NCBI GenBank assembly: GCA_029203125.1
Contig: CP119317.1
Location: 1,704,261 to 1,768,260, forward strand
Direction of reading: 5' to 3'
Origin: Candidatus Cohnella colombiensis
GTDB taxonomy: Bacteria; Bacillota; Bacilli; Paenibacillales; Paenibacillaceae
DNA length: 64,000 nt
The position numbers and the translations under genes were made by a program. The notes beneath the pieces are model-generated. The model was given only the letters and a program-made list of their open reading frames with translations, ran no database searches and was not told where the DNA came from. Of the stretch, positions 53,002-61,177 are shown piece by piece. Numbering within the stretch: position 1 is the first letter of the stretch; each line of letters opens with the position of its first letter.

Positions 53002-53538
53002 ATGAAGAAGAAAACCTGGTTAACCATCATAATGATCGTTGCATTGATTGCGTCGGGTTTAATTATTATAAACTTCGATAAAACTAAACCGAACTATGCC
53101 AACATTAAACAAATCGTTAATGATTATAGTACTGGTAAAATAACAAATGAGTCTGCGTCTATCACATCTCAACAACTCATTGTTACCAAGAATAATGGTA
53201 AGAAAACAACGTTTGAATTACCTGAGAATGAGTTTTTTGTTTCTATCGCGCCGTATATTGAAACAACGCATCCATGCGCGATTCACAGCTTAACGGGTTG
53301 TCGAGGTGAATTGATAGATAATGAGTTTGATATACAGATTAAGGATGACAACGGGCAAGTAATCAAGAATGAGAAAATTAAATCTCAATCAAATGGATTT
53401 ATTGATTTGTGGTTGCCACGCGATCAAACATATCACATCACAATTAAATATGATGGGAAAAAAGTTGAATCTCAGATTTCAACATTCAAGGAAGATAATA
53501 CTTGTATTACGACGATGCAGTTGGAAGAAACTATTTGA
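53002..53538 (+). CDS. CueP-family metal-binding protein (membrane-anchored or secreted)
   Basis: Signal-anchor, then FFVSIAPYIETTHPCAIHSLTGCRGEL.....GFIDLWLPR....DNTCITTMQL. This matches the three-Cys pattern I recall for CueP. Confidence 0.65.
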   Translation: MKKKTWLTIIMIVALIASGLIIINFDKTKPNYANIKQIVNDYSTGKITNESASITSQQLIVTKNNGKKTTFELPENEFFVSIAPYIETTHPCAIHSLTGCRGELIDNEFDIQIKDDNGQVIKNEKIKSQSNGFIDLWLPRDQTYHITIKYDGKKVESQISTFKEDNTCITTMQLEETI

Positions 53539-53895
53539 TATTGATATGGACGTTAGCTGGATGATTCTTTGTTGAATGTGAATCGTCAACTGCTATCTTC
53601 TTTGACTAGGCAACCTTAACGAATAATCAATCATCTATTCGATGTCCGCCAACAACAAGTGTTCAGAACAGCGATTATTATCAATAAATAGAAAGAAACA
53701 GCCACCTAATCTCATTGGTGGCTGTTTCAATTTCTCACAAAACTCTTCAAGAAGTATACTGACTTTTCTAAAGTCATTCACATTAAAGGAAAGAAGTTGG
53801 CTCATCAAAGTACGGATGAGGTCTGACTTTTCACTTCTTTAATAACTTCATCTTAAATCTCATTTGTTATATTGCATAATCTATTTTAAGTTTTC

Positions 53896-53969
53896 ATCAA
53901 TATTTTTTGATTAATGGATTGCAATGGAAACAAACGCATGGTAATATAAGTTAATCAAAATAAATTGAT
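53896..53969 (+). promoter_or_regulatory. two ATCAA-N6-TTGAT inverted repeats upstream of the second ArsR gene
   Basis: ATCAATATTTTTTGAT (53896-53911) and ATCAAAATAAATTGAT (53954-53969). The latter lies 24 nt before the ArsR start. Confidence 0.6.
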
Positions 53970-53992
53970 TTAAAAGAACGGAGGGAGTCGCT

Positions 53993-54340
53993 ATGATTCC
54001 AGAACAACCAGTAATAACGCAAGCCTCATCGCCAGTTGACTTCTCAAAATTTGAAGTGAAGTTTAAAGCTCTCTCTGACCAAAAACGACTTCAAATCATG
54101 TACTTACTTACACAACGAGGGAACACATGCGTATGCGATCTTTCCGAACTTATTGAAATGCCGCAATCAAAGCTTTCGTACCATTTAAAAATTTTACTCG
54201 ATGCAGAGCTCATCAAACGCGAAATTAGAGGCACATGGAGTTATTACGAACTGAATCAATTCGAAGTAAATAATCTGCTATCTCCTGAGCTTTGTTGCAT
54301 TTTTCGTAAAGATTCATATTCTTCAGGCGATTGCTGCTGA
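53993..54340 (+). CDS. ArsR/SmtB-family metalloregulator with CVCD and two C-terminal CC pairs
   Basis: ..GNTCVCDLSELIEMPQSKLSYHLKIL.. wHTH. The tail reads ..PELCCIFRKDSYSSGDCC-stop. GGAGGGAG RBS. Confidence 0.85.
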   Translation: MIPEQPVITQASSPVDFSKFEVKFKALSDQKRLQIMYLLTQRGNTCVCDLSELIEMPQSKLSYHLKILLDAELIKREIRGTWSYYELNQFEVNNLLSPELCCIFRKDSYSSGDCC

Positions 54341-54365
54341 AATGCAGCCTTCGTTAGTTTAATAA

Positions 54366-54381
54366 ATCAAAATATTTTGAT
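54366..54381 (+). promoter_or_regulatory. perfect 16-bp palindrome, third copy of the ATCAA-N6-TTGAT operator
   Basis: ATCAAAATATTTTGAT lies between the ArsR stop and the flavoprotein RBS. Confidence 0.6.
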
Positions 54382-54398
54382 ATATGGAGGATACAGTT

Positions 54399-55805
54399 AT
54401 GAGTGAATGTTGTAAGTCTTCGGTAAATATGCAAACTACCATACAGAACGCGTGCGGATGCGAAGTTCAGGTTTCATCTCCGTTAGATGAGAACAGAAGG
54501 TTACCTGTCGCCATTATCGGTGGTGGTCCAGTAGGACTAGCTGCTGCTGCCCACCTGGTAGCTAAGGGAGAATCATTTGTGCTCTTCGAGGCGGCAAGTC
54601 AAGTGGCGGGGAATATCCAACAATGGAGTCACGTTCGTCTCTTTTCTCCATGGCAGTATAACATTGATAAGGTAGCTAAGAAACTGCTTGAGATACATGG
54701 CTGGAAAGCACCCAAAGATACGGATCTCCCAACGGGGGATGAACTGGTGAAACAGTATCTTGATCCACTTTCTAAATTACCTCAAATTAAACCTTATGTG
54801 CACTATGACGCCAGGGTAGTCGACGTAGGACGTAAAGTTATAAACAAACTGAAAACAGCAGGTCGCGATAAGATGCCATTCGTATTGTATGTTGATAAGG
54901 CTGGTAAGCGACTCTCTTTCGAAGCAAAAGCCGTAATAGATGCTTCTGGAACTTGGTCCAGCCCAAATCCGGCCAATTCCGATGGGATTTGGACAGAAGA
55001 TGAACTTGCATTGAACAACAAAATCACTTATAGCATACCTGATGTTTTGGGAAATCAAAGAGAGCGATACGCCAATAAGAAAGTTCTTGTCGTCGGGAGT
55101 GGTCACTCCGCCATCAATGCCTTGCTTGATCTTGAACGTCTACAAGAGCAGGAACCGTCAACGAGCATATTTTGGATAATCCGGAAACCTCAAGTAGAAG
55201 ATGTATACGGCGGCAAAGAGAATGATAGTCTTCAGGAACGCGGGGCGCTTGGCATACGTCTTCAAAGGCTCGTGGAATCGGGTAAAGTAGAAGTACAGAC
55301 CTCTTTCAACATTCAGAGCTTCAAGAATAGTGGGGGACGGATCACAGTTATCGGCAGCAAGAATGGGGAAACTCTTCAAATCGAAGGCGTAGATGAAATA
55401 ATCAGTAATACAGGATCAAGACCAGATCTGAGTTTTCTAAGAGAAATCAGGATGGACATTGACCCAGCCTTAGAAAGTGTGAACGAACTCGGCCCACTTA
55501 TCGACCCCAATATCCACAGCTGTGGAACCGTACGGCCGCATGGAGAAAAGGAGTTGCGGCAGCCTGAAGCCAACTTTTATATCGTCGGATCTAAAAGCTA
55601 CGGCCGAGCGCCGACGTTCCTAATGGCTACGGGATACGAGCAAGTGCGTTCAATCGTTGCAGCGTTAACAGGTGACTGGGAAGCAGCAACGAATATCGAA
55701 TTGGATTTGCCGGAAACTGGAGTCTGCAGTGTCGATTTGCAAGATTGTTGCACAAGCGGAACACCTAACAATAACGTTGCCACGAAATCACAATGCTGCG
55801 GTTAG
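54399..55805 (+). CDS. NAD(P)/FAD-dependent two-dinucleotide-fold oxidoreductase (FMO/CzcO-like) with Cys-rich N- and C-terminal tails
   Basis: IIGGGPVG and VVGSGHSA Rossmann motifs, plus DASGTW and NTGSRPD. The N-terminus reads MSECCKSS..NACGCE and the C-terminus reads ..GVCSVDLQDCCTSG..KSQCCG-stop. A GGAGGA RBS lies 7 nt before ATG 54399. Confidence 0.75.
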   Translation: MSECCKSSVNMQTTIQNACGCEVQVSSPLDENRRLPVAIIGGGPVGLAAAAHLVAKGESFVLFEAASQVAGNIQQWSHVRLFSPWQYNIDKVAKKLLEIHGWKAPKDTDLPTGDELVKQYLDPLSKLPQIKPYVHYDARVVDVGRKVINKLKTAGRDKMPFVLYVDKAGKRLSFEAKAVIDASGTWSSPNPANSDGIWTEDELALNNKITYSIPDVLGNQRERYANKKVLVVGSGHSAINALLDLERLQEQEPSTSIFWIIRKPQVEDVYGGKENDSLQERGALGIRLQRLVESGKVEVQTSFNIQSFKNSGGRITVIGSKNGETLQIEGVDEIISNTGSRPDLSFLREIRMDIDPALESVNELGPLIDPNIHSCGTVRPHGEKELRQPEANFYIVGSKSYGRAPTFLMATGYEQVRSIVAALTGDWEAATNIELDLPETGVCSVDLQDCCTSGTPNNNVATKSQCCG

Positions 55806-57046
55806 GCCCACATCGTAATAGACAGAATGACAGCCGTCTTAAGCCAGTAATACTGATGGCACTAATAACGGCTGTCTCTTTATTTGGGGATTCTATGTTG
55901 TACATTGTATTGCCGATACATTGGAAAGAAGTCGGGTTGGTATCACTGGTTGAGGTAGGCATCCTTTTGTCTGCTAATCGATTCATCAGATTACCGCTGA
56001 ATCCCTTAATTTCAAAGTTGTACACCATTATGAATGTCCGTAAAGGCTTAACCCTTGCTATCCTAATTGCTGGGTCTACAACATTTTTATATGGATATGC
56101 TAAAGGCTTTACCTTTTGGCTAATCCTACGTTGTGTTTGGGGTTTGGCTTGGTCAATTATTCGACTGGGTTCTAATTATTTGATTCTTGATTTATCAGAT
56201 AATAATAATAATCGGGGATATTTGATGGGGACTTACAATGGGCTCTCAAAAATCGGCACCCTAGTCGGGATGTTTGCTGGTGGAATATTCGTTGAATGGT
56301 ATGGTATTAAGGTCGTAGCTTCTGTTTTTGGAATTGCAACATTTATGATATTACCTGTTATTGCACTTATTCCACGATCTAATAATCAAGCTGCAATTGT
56401 GCGGACTTCACTATTTACCTTACCTTTATTAAAGTTGCCAAAACTTCCAATGATGCTGTTAACCGTATTTCTCGTCATGTTTTATTTAGATAGTATGGTA
56501 ACGGCAACATTAAGCCATTTGATTGATATTCGACACCCCAACACTATTCTTTTTGGCATTGCAATAGGTGCAACTACTGTTGCCGGAATTCTTCAAGCGT
56601 TTCGTATATTATGTTCAACTTTCTTATCTCCTTGGATCGGGAAAAAATCGGATGGAAGAGGACAGAGAATAATTTACTTAATATTGGCTCTATTTCTTTC
56701 ATCTACATTCTTATCCATCGTACAATTTGATCTTCCCATATATATTTGGCTTACTTTTTTGCTTGCACTTTTACTTACATCTTCTGTTCTCATAGTTATT
56801 ATGGATGCATATATTACGGACGTCATTGAAGGTAAGATGAGAACAGCCGCCGTGACGACATTTGTAATTGTATCTGATATCGGAGTAGCTTTCGGTCCAG
56901 TGTTGGGTTTTATATCTGAACGATCATATGGGATTTCAACCACCTACACAATCTCAACAACAGTTTTACTTCTATTATCTATTTTATGGGGAATTGAATG
57001 GCTGAGAATGAGATCTAAATCGTTAGCATATTCGAAATCGATATAA
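55793..57046 (+). CDS. MFS transporter
   Basis: About 12 TM helices. ATG 55793 overlaps the flavoprotein stop by 13 nt. An alternative start is ATG 55856. Markedly AT-rich. Confidence 0.75.
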   Translation: MLRLGPHRNRQNDSRLKPVILMALITAVSLFGDSMLYIVLPIHWKEVGLVSLVEVGILLSANRFIRLPLNPLISKLYTIMNVRKGLTLAILIAGSTTFLYGYAKGFTFWLILRCVWGLAWSIIRLGSNYLILDLSDNNNNRGYLMGTYNGLSKIGTLVGMFAGGIFVEWYGIKVVASVFGIATFMILPVIALIPRSNNQAAIVRTSLFTLPLLKLPKLPMMLLTVFLVMFYLDSMVTATLSHLIDIRHPNTILFGIAIGATTVAGILQAFRILCSTFLSPWIGKKSDGRGQRIIYLILALFLSSTFLSIVQFDLPIYIWLTFLLALLLTSSVLIVIMDAYITDVIEGKMRTAAVTTFVIVSDIGVAFGPVLGFISERSYGISTTYTISTTVLLLLSILWGIEWLRMRSKSLAYSKSI

Positions 57047-57167
57047 ACAAAACGCTATCTTGGTGGGTCCAGGAATGTAGTCGGAAAAGGAGGGATCGCA
57101 CACGCATACTTATGAATATGGGGCTCTCGTTCCAATATCTCCGTCAAATATCACTGACTGTAATAGT

Positions 57168-57238
57168 CAGCAATTATTGTGTACACTTGAATCAGGAAGC
57201 GATTTAGCTTGAAAAAGGCGAACAAATTTATCCTTCAT
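57168..57238 (+). pseudogene. internally deleted second copy of the ydeI-like gene (leader fused to the last ~10 codons)
   Basis: 57168-57206 matches 49681-49719 at 38 of 39 positions. It is followed immediately by GCTTGAAAAAGGCGAACAAATTTATCC, which is similar to 50274-50300 (GCTTGAAAAAGGTGAAAAAATATATCC). Confidence 0.8.
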
Positions 57239-57281
57239 CTCCTTAACATACCCAGCTCATCTCAGGAAGGTAAGGCAAACG

Positions 57282-57389
57282 ATGTCCAAGGTAGACCATA
57301 TCCTGTCCATTCTATGGCTACTCCGGTCGGGTAGACGAATGACCGTATAGCAGCTCTTGAACGAATTTGAGATTTACAAGATGAGGTGA
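57282..57389 (+). pseudogene. N-terminal fragment of a YafY/DeoR-type wHTH regulator, interrupted by a stop
   Basis: MSKVDHILSILWLLRSGRRMTV-stop-QLLNEFEIYKMR-stop resembles the HTH_11 N-terminus (..IL.LL......T..EL...FE.S). Nothing follows it. Confidence 0.4.
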
Positions 57390-57394
57390 AGTAA

Positions 57395-57901
57395 ATGGTG
57401 TTTAATATTGGGGGAGTGAGGAGAATAGTAATCACTATTATTTTATTTGTCTTAGCAATTACAATTCTTTTGAACTTTATTCCTATAAAATTTGCAATTA
57501 AACTCGAGGATGCACAACAAAAGTTAGAAGCTGGAAGATATATTTGTGTAGCAGATTATAAGTCTAAAGTTGCTTATCAATCAGAATGGTTTGCAAGCAC
57601 ACGATTTAATTCACATTTAGAAGGATGGCTAGTTCTGAGATTGACTGGAAATAGTCCAAACAGATATTTATCTGAGAAGGATTTCGAGAGCTTTGAAGTG
57701 GACAATAAATTCTTATTAAATGGCAATGTTGAACGTATTGAAAAAATTACTCCTGAAGTTCTAGATACCCATCTAAATGTAGATGATTGGGAAATCGTAT
57801 ATCCGATAGAAAGAGCATCCTTTAGAAAACACTTTACGCCCAGAAGCTATCTCAACATCTATGACTATGACATGATAAAGTTAATTAGATCTTTATGGTA
57901 A
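57395..57901 (+). CDS. hypothetical membrane-anchored protein
   Basis: 168-aa ORF with one N-terminal TM helix, AT-rich. GAGGTGA RBS. Confidence 0.5.
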   Translation: MVFNIGGVRRIVITIILFVLAITILLNFIPIKFAIKLEDAQQKLEAGRYICVADYKSKVAYQSEWFASTRFNSHLEGWLVLRLTGNSPNRYLSEKDFESFEVDNKFLLNGNVERIEKITPEVLDTHLNVDDWEIVYPIERASFRKHFTPRSYLNIYDYDMIKLIRSLW

Positions 57902-58116
57902 ATGGTTTAATCTTTATGACCACATGAGAGAGTAACACAATTGCTTCACAGGTAAAAAAATCATCATCGTAAAGGGCAAAAAATCAAACTATATACATAT
58001 GTATAAAATACGGGTTTTGTGAAGAAGTTATGGTTAAAATATCAAATCACTGGTTTAGATCATCAATTGTAACTTAATTCTTTTATCTTCATTTAAGTGA
58101 CATATGATTTGTTTAT

Positions 58117-58160
58117 CAAAGCAAACGACAGATTAGGAAGTATCTTTCCCTAATCTGTCG
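58117..58160 (-). terminator. rho-independent terminator of the minus-strand sugar operon
   Basis: CGACAGATTAGG / CCTAATCTGTCG stem, with a T-rich tail on the minus strand. Confidence 0.7.
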
Positions 58161-58193
58161 CTCTCCTACTTGCTAAAAACATTGATCGATTGA

Positions 58194-59141
58194 TTAATTA
58201 GGCATAAAGTATAATCCGGCAGCACCTAGAACGCCAATTTCTTTGCCCAATGTAGTCTTACATAATTTCACATCTTTCCTCAAACTCGGCATGCACCGTT
58301 CATGGATCGTTTTTTCCATCTCATCGTAAAGCAAATTTCCGTTTGCCATGACTCCGCCACCCAGAACGATCCGTTTCGGATTAAAAAGATGAATAAGAGT
58401 AATCAAACCATTACCTAAATAAAAACCTGCATTTCTAACGATATCTAACGCGGATTTCTCACCTGAATTTGCAGCATCAATCACATCTTTTGTTGTCATC
58501 ATTCTTCCTGGAGATCCTTTTTTAAAATTAGCCAAATATGCAATTGCTGTTCCGGAACTAAAATTTTCTAAGCAACCATAATTGCCACAACCGCATCTTG
58601 ATCCTTTAGGATCTAAGGAAATATGTCCAAATTCCCCAGCGCCTTCCGAGTTCCCGCTAACTAACTGTCCACCCGAAACGATGCCGGCGCCGACTCCGGT
58701 ACTGACGGTCACATAGATGATATCTTCAACCTTCTCCTCGTCACCCCACATATATTCGGCAACTGCAGCAAGATTTGCGTCATTTCCGATTCGCACAGGT
58801 AGTCTCAAAATCTCAAAAATATATTGACCTACCGGCACATTTCGCCAACCTAAATTTTTGGCGTAGACGATGCTGTTCGTATACGAATCAACTACTCCCG
58901 TACATGCAATCCCTACTCCTCTAACATTTCCACCTCTGAATATTGCCTCTTGTTTCAAAGAAATCAGCGCATCTACAATTTTGCTAAGCATGGTTTCAAC
59001 GCCACTCTCGGGCATCGTGGCAAAATGGATTTGACTTATCATTTTGCCTTCTCCGTTAACTAGACCAGCGAGTATTTTTGTCCCCCCGATATCAAGCCCG
59101 ATGGCAAACTCTTTGTTCAACTGGGGCATAACTAATGACAT
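58194..59141 (-). CDS. ROK-family sugar kinase
   Basis: LDIGGTKI ATP motif and the ROK Zn motif GHISLDPKGSRCGCGNYGCLE. A GGGAGGGGGAG RBS favours ATG 59141. Confidence 0.85.
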   Translation of the reverse strand: MSLVMPQLNKEFAIGLDIGGTKILAGLVNGEGKMISQIHFATMPESGVETMLSKIVDALISLKQEAIFRGGNVRGVGIACTGVVDSYTNSIVYAKNLGWRNVPVGQYIFEILRLPVRIGNDANLAAVAEYMWGDEEKVEDIIYVTVSTGVGAGIVSGGQLVSGNSEGAGEFGHISLDPKGSRCGCGNYGCLENFSSGTAIAYLANFKKGSPGRMMTTKDVIDAANSGEKSALDIVRNAGFYLGNGLITLIHLFNPKRIVLGGGVMANGNLLYDEMEKTIHERCMPSLRKDVKLCKTTLGKEIGVLGAAGLYFMPN

Positions 59142-59167
59142 GTCAACTCCCCCTCCCATAATTCAAG

Positions 59168-60145
59168 CTAATTCAAATAAATGACCGACTTTTTTTTGGA
59201 TGATTCATACGCTGCGAAAGCGACTTCAATTGCACGAAGACCATCTTCTCCGGTGATAGGCGCTTCCTTTTTCCCTGATCGTATACAGTTTACAAAATCT
59301 CTTATTAACTCTTCATCCATGTCATCGCCCCAGAAGGAATGGTTATATCCTAAATAGTTCGAATAGACGTTGAGCTTTTGATTGAATGCATCGACCGATA
59401 AAGTGCCTTTCGTTCCGATTATCTCAAGCGTAATGTCTCCCCAAATCGGATAAGTCGCATTTCTGGACCAGCTGCAATCGAGCGAAGCAAATACTCCGTT
59501 CTCAAACTCCATCGACAATATTCCTGAATCGTCGATCAAATGATTCGTGAACGTATTTCCGATTTCCGCATAAACGGTACGGACTTCGGACCCAAGAAAC
59601 CAACGTAATATATCCGTTACATGCACAGTATGATCCAATACCGCGCCACCACCTGACAATTCAACATCAACGAACCAACCGCCTGGACATTGCCCACGGT
59701 TTGTTCCTTTTACGGCTATAATATCGCCTAGCACTCCGTTACCGATCATTTCTTTAGCCCGTAAGATGGAAGAGTTGTACCTGACAGGGAATGCTGTTTG
59801 CAGAACGACATGATTCGCCTTGCATACATCGATCATCTCTTGCGCATCTGTAATGCTGATCGATATGGGCTTCTCGCACAAAACATGCTTGCCGGCCTTA
59901 GCACTTGCAAGGACATGTTCTTTGTGGTGAACGTTTTCGGAGGTTACGATAACCGCATCCATATCTTGCTTAAGAAACTCATCCATATTCGAGAAGTGCA
60001 ACGTACCGAATAATTCTGAATATTTGCGACCTCTTACGCTGTCTTCATCCATGATGCCAACAAATTCGACGCCTTCAATCCGCCTCAAGGCTTTCGCATA
60101 ACTTTCGGCATGTATGTGCGCAAAGCTAATCATCCCGATCTTCAT
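59168..60145 (-). CDS. Gfo/Idh/MocA-family oxidoreductase
   Basis: MKIGMISFAHIHA.. Rossmann N-terminus and the EKP motif (VLCEKPIS). AAGGAG lies 8 nt before ATG 60145. Confidence 0.85.
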   Translation of the reverse strand: MKIGMISFAHIHAESYAKALRRIEGVEFVGIMDEDSVRGRKYSELFGTLHFSNMDEFLKQDMDAVIVTSENVHHKEHVLASAKAGKHVLCEKPISISITDAQEMIDVCKANHVVLQTAFPVRYNSSILRAKEMIGNGVLGDIIAVKGTNRGQCPGGWFVDVELSGGGAVLDHTVHVTDILRWFLGSEVRTVYAEIGNTFTNHLIDDSGILSMEFENGVFASLDCSWSRNATYPIWGDITLEIIGTKGTLSVDAFNQKLNVYSNYLGYNHSFWGDDMDEELIRDFVNCIRSGKKEAPITGEDGLRAIEVAFAAYESSKKKSVIYLN

Positions 60146-60178
60146 ACCGATTACTCCTTTATTATGATTTGGTTGCAC

Positions 60179-61153
60179 TTATTGAATTGTAATGGGTTTG
60201 TTAGTACGAATGGATTCGATAGCCGACAGAGATATTTTGATTGCTTCCAATGCATCATCGGCGGTTACTTTAGGCGTCTCTCCGGTTTTCAAGCAATCCA
60301 TAAAATGTCTCAACTCGCGGTAATAAGGAGTTGTTTTCAATGGACTTTCTGGCACGGGAACGCCACCAACTGAAGCTTCTTGGATTCTAATACGAGCTTC
60401 GATTGATTTATCTTTTAAGCTGTCATAATCGATAACGCCATTCGTGCCAGCTAGTTCGAATTTCATCGAAAAGCTATCGTGAGCCCATGAACCTTCCACA
60501 TGAGCAATAACTCCATTTTTAAATCTCAACGTGATTAAAGCATATTCTAATTTCTCGAACCCTTTTCCAAACGTACCTTTGGCATAAACGCGTTCGACAT
60601 CGCCGAAGCACCAACGTAAAAAATCAATATCGTGGATAACCATATCCAATATTAATCCGCCACTGCTTTCATAGTTGGAATACCAATCGTTCCATCCTCT
60701 CGGATAACTACCCGCGCGTGTTGTTCTTGCGACACCGACCTTTCCGATCGCATTGTTGTCCAGCAATTCTTTTGCTCTTTCATATTCTGGAAAAAACCTT
60801 AAAACATGAGCGACAAATAACTTCACGTTTTTTTGTTGGCAATATCGAATGCTTTCCAGCCCTTCTTCTAAACTTCTTGCGATTGGTTTTTCGCATATGA
60901 TATTCAATTTCGCATCTGCGGCTTTCTTTATGAATTCCAAATGTAGCGGAGTCGGAACGCATATATCGACGATATCGATGCGTTCGATTGACATTAGAGC
61001 TTCTTCAAACGAAGAGAACACCGGACATTCCAACTCGACATCTTGGCCCTTCTTATCGATAACTCCGATGATTTTAACGTCTTCCATATGACTAAAAGCT
61101 TGAATGTGTGTTTTCCCCATCGTTCCTGCTCCGATAATCAGCACATGAAACAT
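60179..61153 (-). CDS. Gfo/Idh/MocA-family oxidoreductase
   Basis: VLIIGAGTMGKTH Rossmann motif and the ICEKPIA motif. Confidence 0.85.
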   Translation of the reverse strand: MFHVLIIGAGTMGKTHIQAFSHMEDVKIIGVIDKKGQDVELECPVFSSFEEALMSIERIDIVDICVPTPLHLEFIKKAADAKLNIICEKPIARSLEEGLESIRYCQQKNVKLFVAHVLRFFPEYERAKELLDNNAIGKVGVARTTRAGSYPRGWNDWYSNYESSGGLILDMVIHDIDFLRWCFGDVERVYAKGTFGKGFEKLEYALITLRFKNGVIAHVEGSWAHDSFSMKFELAGTNGVIDYDSLKDKSIEARIRIQEASVGGVPVPESPLKTTPYYRELRHFMDCLKTGETPKVTADDALEAIKISLSAIESIRTNKPITIQ

Positions 61154-61177
61154 TTTGATTCCCCCTTTAACAGAGTG

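Noticed and set aside
53540-53992. 66-aa plus ORF (53642-53842) and a minus-strand ORF of about 57 aa (MSQLLSFNVNDFRK..) in the 450-bp gap before the second ArsR gene
   Set aside because: Both run through the hairpin GAAACAGCCACC...GGTGGCTGTTTC (about 53696-53728). They lack RBSs and recognisable motifs. They are probably non-coding, or a decayed gene fragment.
54399-55805. Calling the Cys-tailed flavoprotein a mercuric reductase (MerA)
   Set aside because: Despite the MerA-like terminal CC pair, I cannot find the class I CxxxxC redox-active disulfide or a GMTCxxC NmerA motif. The internal motifs look FMO/CzcO-like instead. It is kept as an uncharacterised oxidoreductase.
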